The position numbers and the translations under genes are program-made. DNA of 64,000 bases from Streptococcus sp. (lineage in GTDB: Bacteria > Bacillota > Bacilli > Lactobacillales > Streptococcaceae), in contig DOTL01000006.1 in the NCBI GenBank assembly GCA_003521145.1, positions 2,018 through 66,017 of the forward strand, given 5' to 3'. Below, one piece after another: positions 42,808 through 52,189 of this stretch. The notes below the pieces were generated by a model. That model was not told where the DNA came from, made no database searches, and saw only the letters and a program-made list of their open reading frames with translations. Numbering within the stretch: the stretch's first letter is position 1; each line of letters opens with the position of its first letter.

Positions 42808-44319
42808 CTAAGCTGAGACGTAATCTTTAGTAAATAAAGTTCGTATACAAATTTTTCCTATATCTTCTGAAATACCTCTAATAACCTGATAAAGCATATG
42901 ACGGTCTTGTAAAGTACCGTATCGTTCAAAGATTATTTGGAATACTTCATGAGTTAATAAACCTAAAGGTCTTTCCTCTGGAAAACGTATAGCTATGGCT
43001 TGAGTAGCATAAAGTAACTCAATAGCCAAAATTTCATGAAGTTTGTTTACAATTCCATCTAGTTCTTGAAGAATTAAAGGTAGGTTGGTTTGCCTATCTT
43101 CCATTTCTCCTGCCAAAGGATAGGAAATATTTGATAAAGTTTGACTCGCATGATGAATCTCAACATCTAAGGTAGCAGCCGTCTTTTGCAAAGCTTGTAA
43201 TCCAAAATATTGGTGCTCATCGGCAATTAAAAAACGACTCAAACCTGTAAAATCCGGATTACCTAGTTTAATCATACGTTGAATTGAAGCATTAGAAACA
43301 TGACTCAAAGCAACGTTTAACATTTCAGTCGCCAAACTAACATTTAATGTTTCAAAATGCGGTGTTGACAAAATACGTTGATTGTCAATATCAACCATTG
43401 GATTGTCATCAGATGACTCTAATTCAAGTAACAGTTGCTCCTCAACATACGATAAACTATCATAAGCGGCACCATGAATCAGTGTGGCATTTCTAAAGCT
43501 GAGAGGATCTTGAACCGTTTTTGTTTTATTATTTAATAAATAACTGTCCCTCAAGGCAGATTGAAAATGCTGACTACTTATGTTTTGACCATTGTGATGT
43601 TTCGCCTTAACCACCAAATCATCCAAAGGTGTTATATTTCCACCTAAAGCTTCTAAAGATAAACTACAGGCCAGATCAAACCAATACAAAAGATTTTTAA
43701 TTTTAGGAATCAATAAAGATAATCGTGAAAACGAAACAGCATTTGAGCTAATTACCGCTAATCCATCTTTAGCATAAAAATGAATAGGTTTAAGATGAAG
43801 TCGCTTAAAAACTTCTCTAGCCTCATAGCGATTACCTTCATAATCAACAAGTCCTTCTCCCATTAATCCCAAACCTATATAAGATAAAATACCAATATCA
43901 CCCTCACCAACAGAACCAAAGCCGTTTACAACTGGAGTAACTCCTAAATTCAAAAAATCAACTAAACGTTCTGGAATGGCAACCTGGATACCTGCGTATC
44001 CTTTAAGCATATTGTTAAGATGTATCAACATTGCTGCTCTAACATTATCAATAGATAGTTCTGGTTCAATTCCAACACAGTGGGCATAGATTAAATGACG
44101 ATTAAATTCCTCAATTTTATCTTTCGGAATTTTTCTATCCTTATTTTTACCAACACCAGTATTAAGACCATAAATCTGTTGCTGACTATCAAGAACCTGT
44201 AATACGACCTTCCTCGAAGCTTTGAGACGATGATAAGCTTCAGGAGCTATTGTCACTTTTTCCCCCTTAACTACACGTTCAATTGATTCAACGGTCAATC
44301 CGTATCCTGTTAATTCCAT
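42808..44319 (-). CDS. HAL/PAL-superfamily lyase lacking MIO; probable ergothionase (trimethylammonia-lyase)
   Basis: IYGLNTGVG, QDPLSFR and DNP motifs; GSVGEGD in place of the MIO-forming GSVGASGD. Confidence 0.78.
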   Translation of the reverse strand: MELTGYGLTVESIERVVKGEKVTIAPEAYHRLKASRKVVLQVLDSQQQIYGLNTGVGKNKDRKIPKDKIEEFNRHLIYAHCVGIEPELSIDNVRAAMLIHLNNMLKGYAGIQVAIPERLVDFLNLGVTPVVNGFGSVGEGDIGILSYIGLGLMGEGLVDYEGNRYEAREVFKRLHLKPIHFYAKDGLAVISSNAVSFSRLSLLIPKIKNLLYWFDLACSLSLEALGGNITPLDDLVVKAKHHNGQNISSQHFQSALRDSYLLNNKTKTVQDPLSFRNATLIHGAAYDSLSYVEEQLLLELESSDDNPMVDIDNQRILSTPHFETLNVSLATEMLNVALSHVSNASIQRMIKLGNPDFTGLSRFLIADEHQYFGLQALQKTAATLDVEIHHASQTLSNISYPLAGEMEDRQTNLPLILQELDGIVNKLHEILAIELLYATQAIAIRFPEERPLGLLTHEVFQIIFERYGTLQDRHMLYQVIRGISEDIGKICIRTLFTKDYVSA

Positions 44320-44341
44320 ACCTTATCACCTAAATCGTAAC

Positions 44342-45445
44342 TTATTTGAAAGCATGTCTATACAAGTCTATACCTAAAACATTCTCTACTTCGGGGTAGA
44401 CACTAGGATCCTTCACACCAGTACTTAACGGAAAATGTTTATGTGAAATTTTGAAAACAACAACTTCTTCGTCAATACTAATCTCGTCAGTACTCAAGGC
44501 CTTGGCATCTTTTGCCCTAAATAAAGTAATAACATCAGGATAAGTAGCAACACGTCCTAGTGCTTGACTATCTACAGCCATAAATTCATTTTGAACATGG
44601 AGCGTTACATTATCCGATTCAGTTTTTATTTTTACCTTACCAACATCAAAAGCTTCATCGGTGTATGTCATATCCTTGGCAACAACCTTACCTTTAGCTA
44701 AAATTTCTCCATGAGTATGCTTAACAATAGCATCAATAATCGATGAACCATCTTCATTTTGATGTTCTATTATGCAATATCCCAATTCAATAGCCTTAGA
44801 TAAGCCTCCAATAACAGCATTCTGTTTGATATAAGATGCTGTGAGAGGATGACGGGCAGCAGCAATGAAACCGCCTGATAAATCCGAAGCTATTCGAAGA
44901 ATTTTCGAAGTATAAGCTGCCGTTCCTTGCACGGATAACTCAATATGGCGACCTGTTTCACGACGTCCACCTGACACAGCTTGAATAGTTTCATAAGTCG
45001 TATCATTAGCTACACCCATATTTCCCATTTTCCCAGTAGGATGGGCTCTGATATCACCAGTAGCATCAACAACAGCTAATCCCAATGCTGATGCTGATAG
45101 CCAACCGTTTGTCGAACTGGATTTTCCATTCTGAGGTGTTAATATACCTTTGATTTTTTCAGGATGGGGATGTTTCTCAAGGAGTAATTCTACCGCACGA
45201 ATATAATCTTTTCCCAACATCTGCCAATCTGTTGTCCCAGCCGGTGCTCCAATTGCTGTTTGAGTGATAATCAAATCATCCTCTTCAAACTCATCAATAG
45301 TTTTTAAGACTACTGGAGATAATGCAACTGCTGCCTCTCCCATTTCAAGTCCGTGCTCATAAAAGCCACCGCCACCACTCGCATAAACGGAACCTCCAAT
45401 ACAAGCAGCTAACACATCATTCTTAGTCAAATATTTTATCGTCAT
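44342..45445 (-). CDS. DUF917-family protein; probable thiohydantoin-propionate desulfhydrase
   Basis: GGSVYASGGGG, IGAP, DATGDIRAHP, QNEF and ATYPDVIT motifs. Confidence 0.72.
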   Translation of the reverse strand: MTIKYLTKNDVLAACIGGSVYASGGGGFYEHGLEMGEAAVALSPVVLKTIDEFEEDDLIITQTAIGAPAGTTDWQMLGKDYIRAVELLLEKHPHPEKIKGILTPQNGKSSSTNGWLSASALGLAVVDATGDIRAHPTGKMGNMGVANDTTYETIQAVSGGRRETGRHIELSVQGTAAYTSKILRIASDLSGGFIAAARHPLTASYIKQNAVIGGLSKAIELGYCIIEHQNEDGSSIIDAIVKHTHGEILAKGKVVAKDMTYTDEAFDVGKVKIKTESDNVTLHVQNEFMAVDSQALGRVATYPDVITLFRAKDAKALSTDEISIDEEVVVFKISHKHFPLSTGVKDPSVYPEVENVLGIDLYRHAFK

Positions 45446-45461
45446 TTAAAACTTCACTCCT

Positions 45462-47096
45462 TTATAAATGAACACGTCTAATACGTTTTTGCTCAATTTC
45501 GTCTAGAGATGCTTCATAGCCAGCATCCGCATAGCGAAGAACACCTAAGCTAGTGTCATTGGTGATTGATAACTGGAGACGTTCAGAAGCTTCACGTGTC
45601 CCATCAGCTACAACAGTAATACCAGCACTTTGCATATAACCGGTGTATCCTCCTCCACCTGAATGGATAGCGACCAAATCTGCTTTAGACGATGCCGCTA
45701 ACATGGCATTTAACAGTGGCCAGTCTGCAATGGCATCAGAACCATCTTTTAAGTTCTCAGTCATAATATTAGGATGTGCCATAGCTCCAGCATCCAAATG
45801 ATCACGTGTAAAAGCAACTGGTGCTGATAGAATACCTTCTGCTACTAAATCATTAACAGCTAAAGCTAATTGAGTTCTTTCCTCATGGCCTAACCATCCG
45901 ATACGAGCAGGTAAGCCTTGAAAAGGAACGTACTTACGTGCTAATTTGATCCAATCTGTGATAATGGTATTATCTGAAAAGTGCTCTAAAAGATAATCAT
46001 CAATAATGTGAATGTCCTTTGGATCCCCTGACAAGGCTATCCAACGAAAAGGACCTATGGCTCTTTCAAATAGAGGTCTTAAGAAAGCTTCTGTAAAAAT
46101 AGGAATATCGAAGGCATTCTCAACTCCGAACCTTTTTGCCTGTGTACGAATATTATTCCCATTATCAAAGACTTTAGCGCCTTTATTTTGGAAAGAAAGA
46201 ATTGCTCTGACTTCTTTAGCAATTGAAGCACCAGCATCAGATTCTAGTTTCTTTGGATTTGACTGACGAACCTGTATCACTTCTTCTAAAGAATAACCTT
46301 CTGGAACATAGCCATAAAGAAGATCATGAGCTGCTGTCTGATCACTCACAATATCAGGAACGATTCCTCGATTTAAAATGTCTTGATATACTGTTGCTGC
46401 ATTTCCAATAACTGCAATAGAAACATTTTCGCCTTTTCTTTTAGCATCATCTATCCACGACAATGCTTGATCTAAACTATCAGTCTTTTTATCAACATAA
46501 CCAATTGATAAACGCTTATCAATATTGTCTTCATTAACATCGACAACAATAATATTTGCACCCGCCATTTTAGCTGCCAGAGGTTGAGAACCACCCATTC
46601 CACCCATACCAGCAGTAAGAATTAATCTCCCTGACAAATCATCGCTGAAATAAAGACGACTAATAGATTTAAAGATTTCATATGTTCCCTGTATAACGCC
46701 TTGTGAACCAATATACTGCCAATCTCCTGCAGTCAATCCACCCCAAGCAATTAAGTTTTTATCATACAAATCATAAAAATTTTCCGAAGTCGCCCACTTT
46801 CCAACTAAATTAGAATTAGCCATTATAACCAAGGGAGCATCTGGATGTGTTTGTAAAATGCCTATAGGTTTCCCAGATTGTATAATTAAGGATTCATCTT
46901 CCTCAATCGTTTTTAAACTTTCGACAATAGCTTCATACGACGACCAATCTCTTGCTGCTTTGCCTAGAGCACCATAAACGATAAGATTATCAGGATCTTC
47001 AGCATTTTCCAAAACATTTTCCAAGAGCCTAAGAAGCGCTTCTTGACGCCATCCCTTAGTTCTTAGTTGATTTCCTCTCTGTGCTTTTATCGTCAT
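45462..47096 (-). CDS. Urocanate hydratase homologue; probable thiourocanate hydratase
   Basis: YIGSQG, AGMGGMGGSQP, GPFRW, RDHLD and DGSDAIADWP motifs, with several non-HutU active-site segments. Confidence 0.8.
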   Translation of the reverse strand: MTIKAQRGNQLRTKGWRQEALLRLLENVLENAEDPDNLIVYGALGKAARDWSSYEAIVESLKTIEEDESLIIQSGKPIGILQTHPDAPLVIMANSNLVGKWATSENFYDLYDKNLIAWGGLTAGDWQYIGSQGVIQGTYEIFKSISRLYFSDDLSGRLILTAGMGGMGGSQPLAAKMAGANIIVVDVNEDNIDKRLSIGYVDKKTDSLDQALSWIDDAKRKGENVSIAVIGNAATVYQDILNRGIVPDIVSDQTAAHDLLYGYVPEGYSLEEVIQVRQSNPKKLESDAGASIAKEVRAILSFQNKGAKVFDNGNNIRTQAKRFGVENAFDIPIFTEAFLRPLFERAIGPFRWIALSGDPKDIHIIDDYLLEHFSDNTIITDWIKLARKYVPFQGLPARIGWLGHEERTQLALAVNDLVAEGILSAPVAFTRDHLDAGAMAHPNIMTENLKDGSDAIADWPLLNAMLAASSKADLVAIHSGGGGYTGYMQSAGITVVADGTREASERLQLSITNDTSLGVLRYADAGYEASLDEIEQKRIRRVHL

Positions 47097-47154
47097 CCCT
47101 GTACTTCCTTTTCTTTGAATATGTTTTTTATGTTATCACCAAACAATTGTCTTG

Positions 47155-47198
47155 CATAAGCTATTTTTTTTATGGCGCATCATAAATAAAAGTTATGA
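47155..47198. promoter_or_regulatory. LysR-type operator pair upstream of the hydratase operon
   Basis: Perfect TCATAA-N7-TTATGA (T-N11-A) at 47180-47198 and CATAA-N10-TTATG at 47155-47174. Confidence 0.6.
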
Positions 47199-47374
47199 CC
47201 GATTGTAAAAGTTTCAAATTATTCATGATTTATATTTCTCAATTGAAAACAAAAATACCTCAATAATTAGAAAAAAAGTCCAATCATTGAGGTACGATTT
47301 ATTATCTTAGTCCTAGTATAAAATTAGTATGATTTTTCTGCCTTAGTTGAAATTGCTATAGCCTTCTTCTACCC

Positions 47375-47437
47375 AAAAAAGACGACCATAGGCCGTCCTC
47401 TCTGATTTATGAAAAATAAGTATTGCTTACTTAATAA
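47375..47437 (-). ncRNA. csRNA-like small RNA candidate
   Basis: TTTAAT-N5-TTTAAT repeat 10 bp before a TATGAT -10; TTTTTCATAA motif; GACGGCC/GGTCGTC terminator with a T run. Confidence 0.5.
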
Positions 47438-47578
47438 GACATCATCATATCTATTAAAGATTAAAGAAACATTAAAATAGGATATTTTTTTATTTTAAAA
47501 TACAATTTTGCTTTAAGCACCTAATATCACTAATTCATGGTATACTGGGAATACAAGATTAATCAGACGAGGCGTGTT

Positions 47579-48250
47579 ATGAAAAATTTAAAATTTCAAT
47601 CCGTTTTTGACATCATCGGTCCTGTCATGGTAGGGCCTTCCTCAAGTCATACTGCAGGAGCTGTTCGTATTGGAAAAATTGTTTCGGCCATCTTTGGTGA
47701 TGCACCCACTGAAGTAGAATTTCAACTTTTTAATTCCTTTGCAAAAACCTATCGAGGTCACGGGACAGATGTGGCTCTTGTGGCTGGTATTTTAGGTATG
47801 GAAACTGATGATCCTGATATTCCGCATGCGCTTGATATTGCACACGAAAAAGGTATTAAGGTCTACTGGAAGATCAACAAAGACAGCAATGCACCGCATC
47901 CTAACACCACTCGTATTACACTAAAAAACGCTACAAAAACTATCTCTGCCACTGGTATTTCTATTGGTGGAGGGAATATCCAAGTAACTGAACTCAATGG
48001 TTTTGCGGTCAATCTCAAGATGAATACACCGACTCTCATCATTGCCCACCAAGACGTTCCAGGAATGATTGCCCTTGTCACAGATATTTTGTCGCGTTAT
48101 GGCATCAATATCGCTCAAATGACTGTTACTCGTGAAAATGCCGGTGAAAAGGCCATTATGATTATCGAAATTGACTCGCACCAGTGTGATGAGGCTGTCA
48201 CTGAAATCGCTAGAATTCCTCATCTACATAATGTCAACTTTTTCAGCTAA
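47579..48250 (+). CDS. sdaAB: L-serine dehydratase beta subunit
   Basis: GPVMVGPSSSHTAGA and GHGTD motifs plus a C-terminal ACT domain. Confidence 0.95.
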   Translation: MKNLKFQSVFDIIGPVMVGPSSSHTAGAVRIGKIVSAIFGDAPTEVEFQLFNSFAKTYRGHGTDVALVAGILGMETDDPDIPHALDIAHEKGIKVYWKINKDSNAPHPNTTRITLKNATKTISATGISIGGGNIQVTELNGFAVNLKMNTPTLIIAHQDVPGMIALVTDILSRYGINIAQMTVTRENAGEKAIMIIEIDSHQCDEAVTEIARIPHLHNVNFFS

Positions 48251-48262
48251 TAGGGGGATTGC

Positions 48263-49132
48263 ATGTTTTACACTATTGAAGAATTAGTTCAACAAGCTGA
48301 CCGATATTACCAAGGTAATATCGCCGAGCTCATGATTGCTACAGAAACAGAGCTAACTGGACGGGAACGTCCTGAAATTCTAGCTCTGATGGCTCGAAAT
48401 CTTGATGTAATCAAAGAGTCTGTTCAGGCTGGTTTATCCCCTGAGAAATCACCAACTGGTTTAACCGGGGGAGACGCTGCCAAACTGGATGCCTATATCA
48501 AAAAAGGAAAGACTTTGGCTGATTCTGCTGTCTTAGGAGCTGCTAGAAATGCCATGGCTGTTAATGAATCTAATGCCAAGATGGGTTTGGTTTGTGCTAC
48601 TCCAACTGCTGGATCTGCTGGCTGCCTACCTGCTGTACTAACCACAGCTATTGAAAAACTAGGCTTGAACCAATCACAACAATTAGATTTTCTTTTCACT
48701 GCCGGTGCATTTGGTCTAGTCATCGCAAATAACGCCTCAATTTCTGGAGCAGAGGGAGGATGCCAAGCCGAAGTTGGGTCTGCCTCAGCTATGGCTGCAG
48801 CGGCTATTACAATGGCTGCTGGTGGAACACCTTTTCAAGCTAGCCAAGCCATTTGCTTCGTACTAAAAAATATGTTGGGACTCATTTGCGACCCCGTAGC
48901 TGGATTAGTCGAAGTCCCTTGTGTCAAACGTAATGCTATGGGAGCAAGTTTTGCCCTAGTAGCTGCCGACATGGCTTTGGCAGGTATCACATCTGCCATT
49001 CCAGTAGACCAAGTTGTTGACGCTATGTATCAGGTCGGTTCAGCTATGCCAACTGCCTTTCGTGAAACTGCCGAAGGTGGCTTAGCAGTAACTCCAAAAG
49101 GAAAAGCACTAGCAAAAGAAATCCTTGGTTGA
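48263..49132 (+). CDS. sdaAA: L-serine dehydratase alpha subunit
   Basis: ATPTAGSAG, GGCQAE and CDPVAGLVEVPC motifs. Confidence 0.95.
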   Translation: MFYTIEELVQQADRYYQGNIAELMIATETELTGRERPEILALMARNLDVIKESVQAGLSPEKSPTGLTGGDAAKLDAYIKKGKTLADSAVLGAARNAMAVNESNAKMGLVCATPTAGSAGCLPAVLTTAIEKLGLNQSQQLDFLFTAGAFGLVIANNASISGAEGGCQAEVGSASAMAAAAITMAAGGTPFQASQAICFVLKNMLGLICDPVAGLVEVPCVKRNAMGASFALVAADMALAGITSAIPVDQVVDAMYQVGSAMPTAFRETAEGGLAVTPKGKALAKEILG

Positions 49133-49320
49133 GAATCAGTCGACGTCCATAAATTACGAATTCAAAACTATAAAAGGCAAATATCTACTATTAAGATGTT
49201 TGCCTTCATTCTGAGATCATCAATTAAATGATACTCTTCAGTTAATAATAACGTCCAAAAGTAAAAAGAGGAGGCTTAAAGTTAAAGATACGATATTAAT
49301 AAGAAAAGTTACAATCCATA

Positions 49321-49681
49321 ATAGGTCTGAAGCCTTCCTAAATTACAAATAAACTTAGTGTCCATAAGTCTACTTTTTGAGAGAGTTAAGATGATGACAA
49401 AATGATTATTCCGCAGCCTTAGCACAGGAACTGTACGACCACATAGCTAAGTAAAAAGTCGGAAGTCTCGTTCGATATCAAAATTGAAAATAGAGATTGA
49501 GAACGGTCACAAATCCTCCTGTCGCCTGAATGGATTTGTGACCGATATCTCTGACAAGGCTTTTAACAAGGCTTTATACGATATCAATCACCGACCATGA
49601 AAATGTTTAGCCTTCAGAACTGCTTGTGATGATCTAGAGGATGTGTAAGAGTAAACGTTGCACTTATTCTTGCAATTTATC
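49321..49681 (+). mobile_element. IS30-family remnant with an internal deletion
   Basis: Degenerate N-terminal HTH (KLSVHKST...YSAALAQE) joined to the C-terminus (DINHRP*KCLAFRT); end GTTGCACTTATTCTTGCAATTTATC resembles an IS30 right IR. Confidence 0.7.
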
Positions 49682-50077
49682 ACATATAATAGAAAAAATA
49701 TCAGTAACATCTTTAATTTAGTTCATTCTAAATACAATAACTATCAAAGAAGCATCTGAAGTCAGACTCAGATGCTTCTTTATTTTATTATTTCAACTTT
49801 TTCACTTATACATTCCCTTATGCTTCTTCAAATACTTCTTACCATACCAGTCTTCTACTGACTCGCCCCCCAGTCACGGTATTCTTCAAGATATTTCCAT
49901 TTGCAGTGGGCATGGAAATTCCATAAAATAAGAAAATCCATAATTATCAGATTCATTACAACTCACATTCCTAAGAATTATACTCTCTCCACCAATGTTG
50001 AAAACGTTATAAGTAAACACTTTAAAAGGCAGTAAATAGGCTCGTTTAATACATTTGACAACCAGTATGATGGAAAT

Positions 50078-50557
50078 TCATATTAAGAAAGAGACTAAAT
50101 AGACATCCGCTGTTAAAAGCGGATATTTAGAAACGGGTAAGCTTAAATCGTTAAGATCAGAGTCATGAAAGGATAGAGAGGCAACTAGAATCATGAAATT
50201 GATAAAGATAGGGCCAACCAAAGTCAGAAAAAGGCTTTGAAGACGTAATTTTATAGTGGGTTTTCCTTGTTTGTAGTAGGCTTCCATCCTATAGAAAACA
50301 TCTTTATTTTGACACTGAACAAGCCCGTCATCCTCTAAGACTAACTTGCGAAAGGGGGGCCCACTTGCTTTATGTGCATCTCCTTTAAGAGTGACATTCA
50401 AGGCTTGGTAGTAGATGACTTCCAACTGATGGTACTTTAAGTCATTGCTTAACCCTTCGAAATAATCATTTCTTTGGTACGCAATGATTATATCATAAAG
50501 AGCGAGACAGACCTTTTTGTTTTCTCGGCCAGCGTAGATTCTGTGATGGTCAATTCA
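50078..50557 (-). pseudogene. Degraded ORF of unknown function
   Basis: GAGG RBS and ATG at ~50557 followed by an immediate stop; a 115-codon residual frame lies downstream. Confidence 0.3.
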
Positions 50558-50567
50558 TCTTTACCTC

Positions 50568-51369
50568 TTACGAACCAGCACTTTCATAGACATCCAAGCT
50601 CCTACCCCTATCCCAGAGTTTCAAGGAAATAAAAAAGAAAACAAATGAAATCAAAATCAAACCACCGATGTTAAAGATCCCATTCTTATCTTGCAAGAAA
50701 TAGCTAGCTGGATAATAAACCGTAAAGGCGAAAGGCACGATAAAACTGAACAACCAACGAAGGAGCGAATTGTAAATTGATATCGGGTACTTGGCAAAAT
50801 CATTGAACATATAAAAAATATAAATCATATAAATCATGGAACCTGACTGCTTGGTCCAAAAAGTGATGCTGGCTGTTGCAATTTTCAAGGAAGTATAAAT
50901 CAAGGTAGCAAAGGGAATACAGACTAGGAAGATCAGGAATTTTGGAAGAGTCCAAGCAATGCTTGATACTGTTGTCGCTAGTAAAACACCACCGACCAAG
51001 AGTTCTCCCAAAGCATCAATCTGAAAGGTCTCAACGAGGATGTGAAAGTGAGGATTGATAGGATGAGTCAGATACTTGTCAAACTCCCCTTTTCGGACTA
51101 GTCGTTGACCTAAAGCTCAGAGATTGTCAAAAAAGAGATAATCCAGTCCCTTGGGAATCAAGGAAAAGCCATAAATAAAAGCAATTTCTTGAACAGTCCA
51201 GCCTTCTAGGGATGGAATGTGTTGAAAGATGATATTGAGAAATAAGAGGTTCAAGCCTTGAGTCAGAAAGACTCCTAAGACACCAACCACAAAATTGACC
51301 TTGTACTCCATGAATTTGCTTGATGTATTGTCTGATAAAAATCAGATGCATGCGTTGATGTTTTTTCAT
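50568..51369 (-). pseudogene. ABC-2 permease (DUF990-like), fragmented
   Basis: Three fragments: MKKHQRMH.., MEYKVNF.. and ..FAKYPISIY.. Confidence 0.85.
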
Positions 51370-51370
51370 A

Positions 51371-52188
51371 CTAACCTCCTTGAATGGTGATAAATGACTG
51401 GACTCGTTTCCAAATCAACTGAGACGAGCCCACCATCACTAAGAGCCAAAAAACTGGAGCAAAAGCGCCTGAAGCATCTGACTGGCATCGTATTTCCCAA
51501 CAATAATCATTACCGGAGTGTAAATCAAGGATGAAAAAGGCAAGAGTGACAGAATAGCTGAAACAACCTTTGGAAAGAAAGCCAAGGGAATCACACTTCC
51601 TGACATAAAGGCCACTATGGAAGTCTTGAGTAGATTAGAACCCCAAAGATTTTTAAACACAAAGGCTGTAAAACCAAAGCAGATATTAAAGAAAAAGTTA
51701 ATCAGATAGGCGAGCGTTAAGCTAACGAGATAAAGAATCGTCAATCCCAGCACTTCTACAATGCCTTGTCCAGACAAGATTTTCATCAAAATAATCACAC
51801 TTAAAAATGGCAGGCCAACAGAGATAAAAATCAACCACTTACAACCAAGCTCGGTAAAGAGATAAGAGTCTGCAAAATGCTCTGGTCGCAACAAACGCAT
51901 GATAATGGAACTATCCTTAACCTCCTCCCCGATCATAAAGGAGCTATCCGACCTGGTCAAGAGATTGGTCACAAAACTCATGATGATGTAGAGGGTGATA
52001 TCCGCCATACTGAAGCCCTGAATCGAAGACTCTTGCGACGAATCAAAGACTGTCTTCCAGAGATAAAAGGCCACAAAGGCTCCCATGACATCGCCAATCC
52101 GATAGAGAATAAAGTTGACTCGATAGGTAATCAACCCCTGAATCCCTGCATTGATAAAAGGTTTATACCGTCTCCACAATTTGACCAT
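51371..52188 (-). pseudogene. ABC-2 permease with a C-terminal frameshift
   Basis: ORF stops at 51439; the expected tail WLLVMVG...ITIQGG* continues in another frame to 51371. Confidence 0.75.
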
Positions 52189-52189
52189 C

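Noticed and set aside
42808..47096. Canonical histidine utilisation (hutH/hutU) operon
   Set aside because: The lyase lacks the ASG/MIO motif, the hydratase motifs diverge, no hutI/hutG is present, and a DUF917 gene plus betaine importer are there instead.
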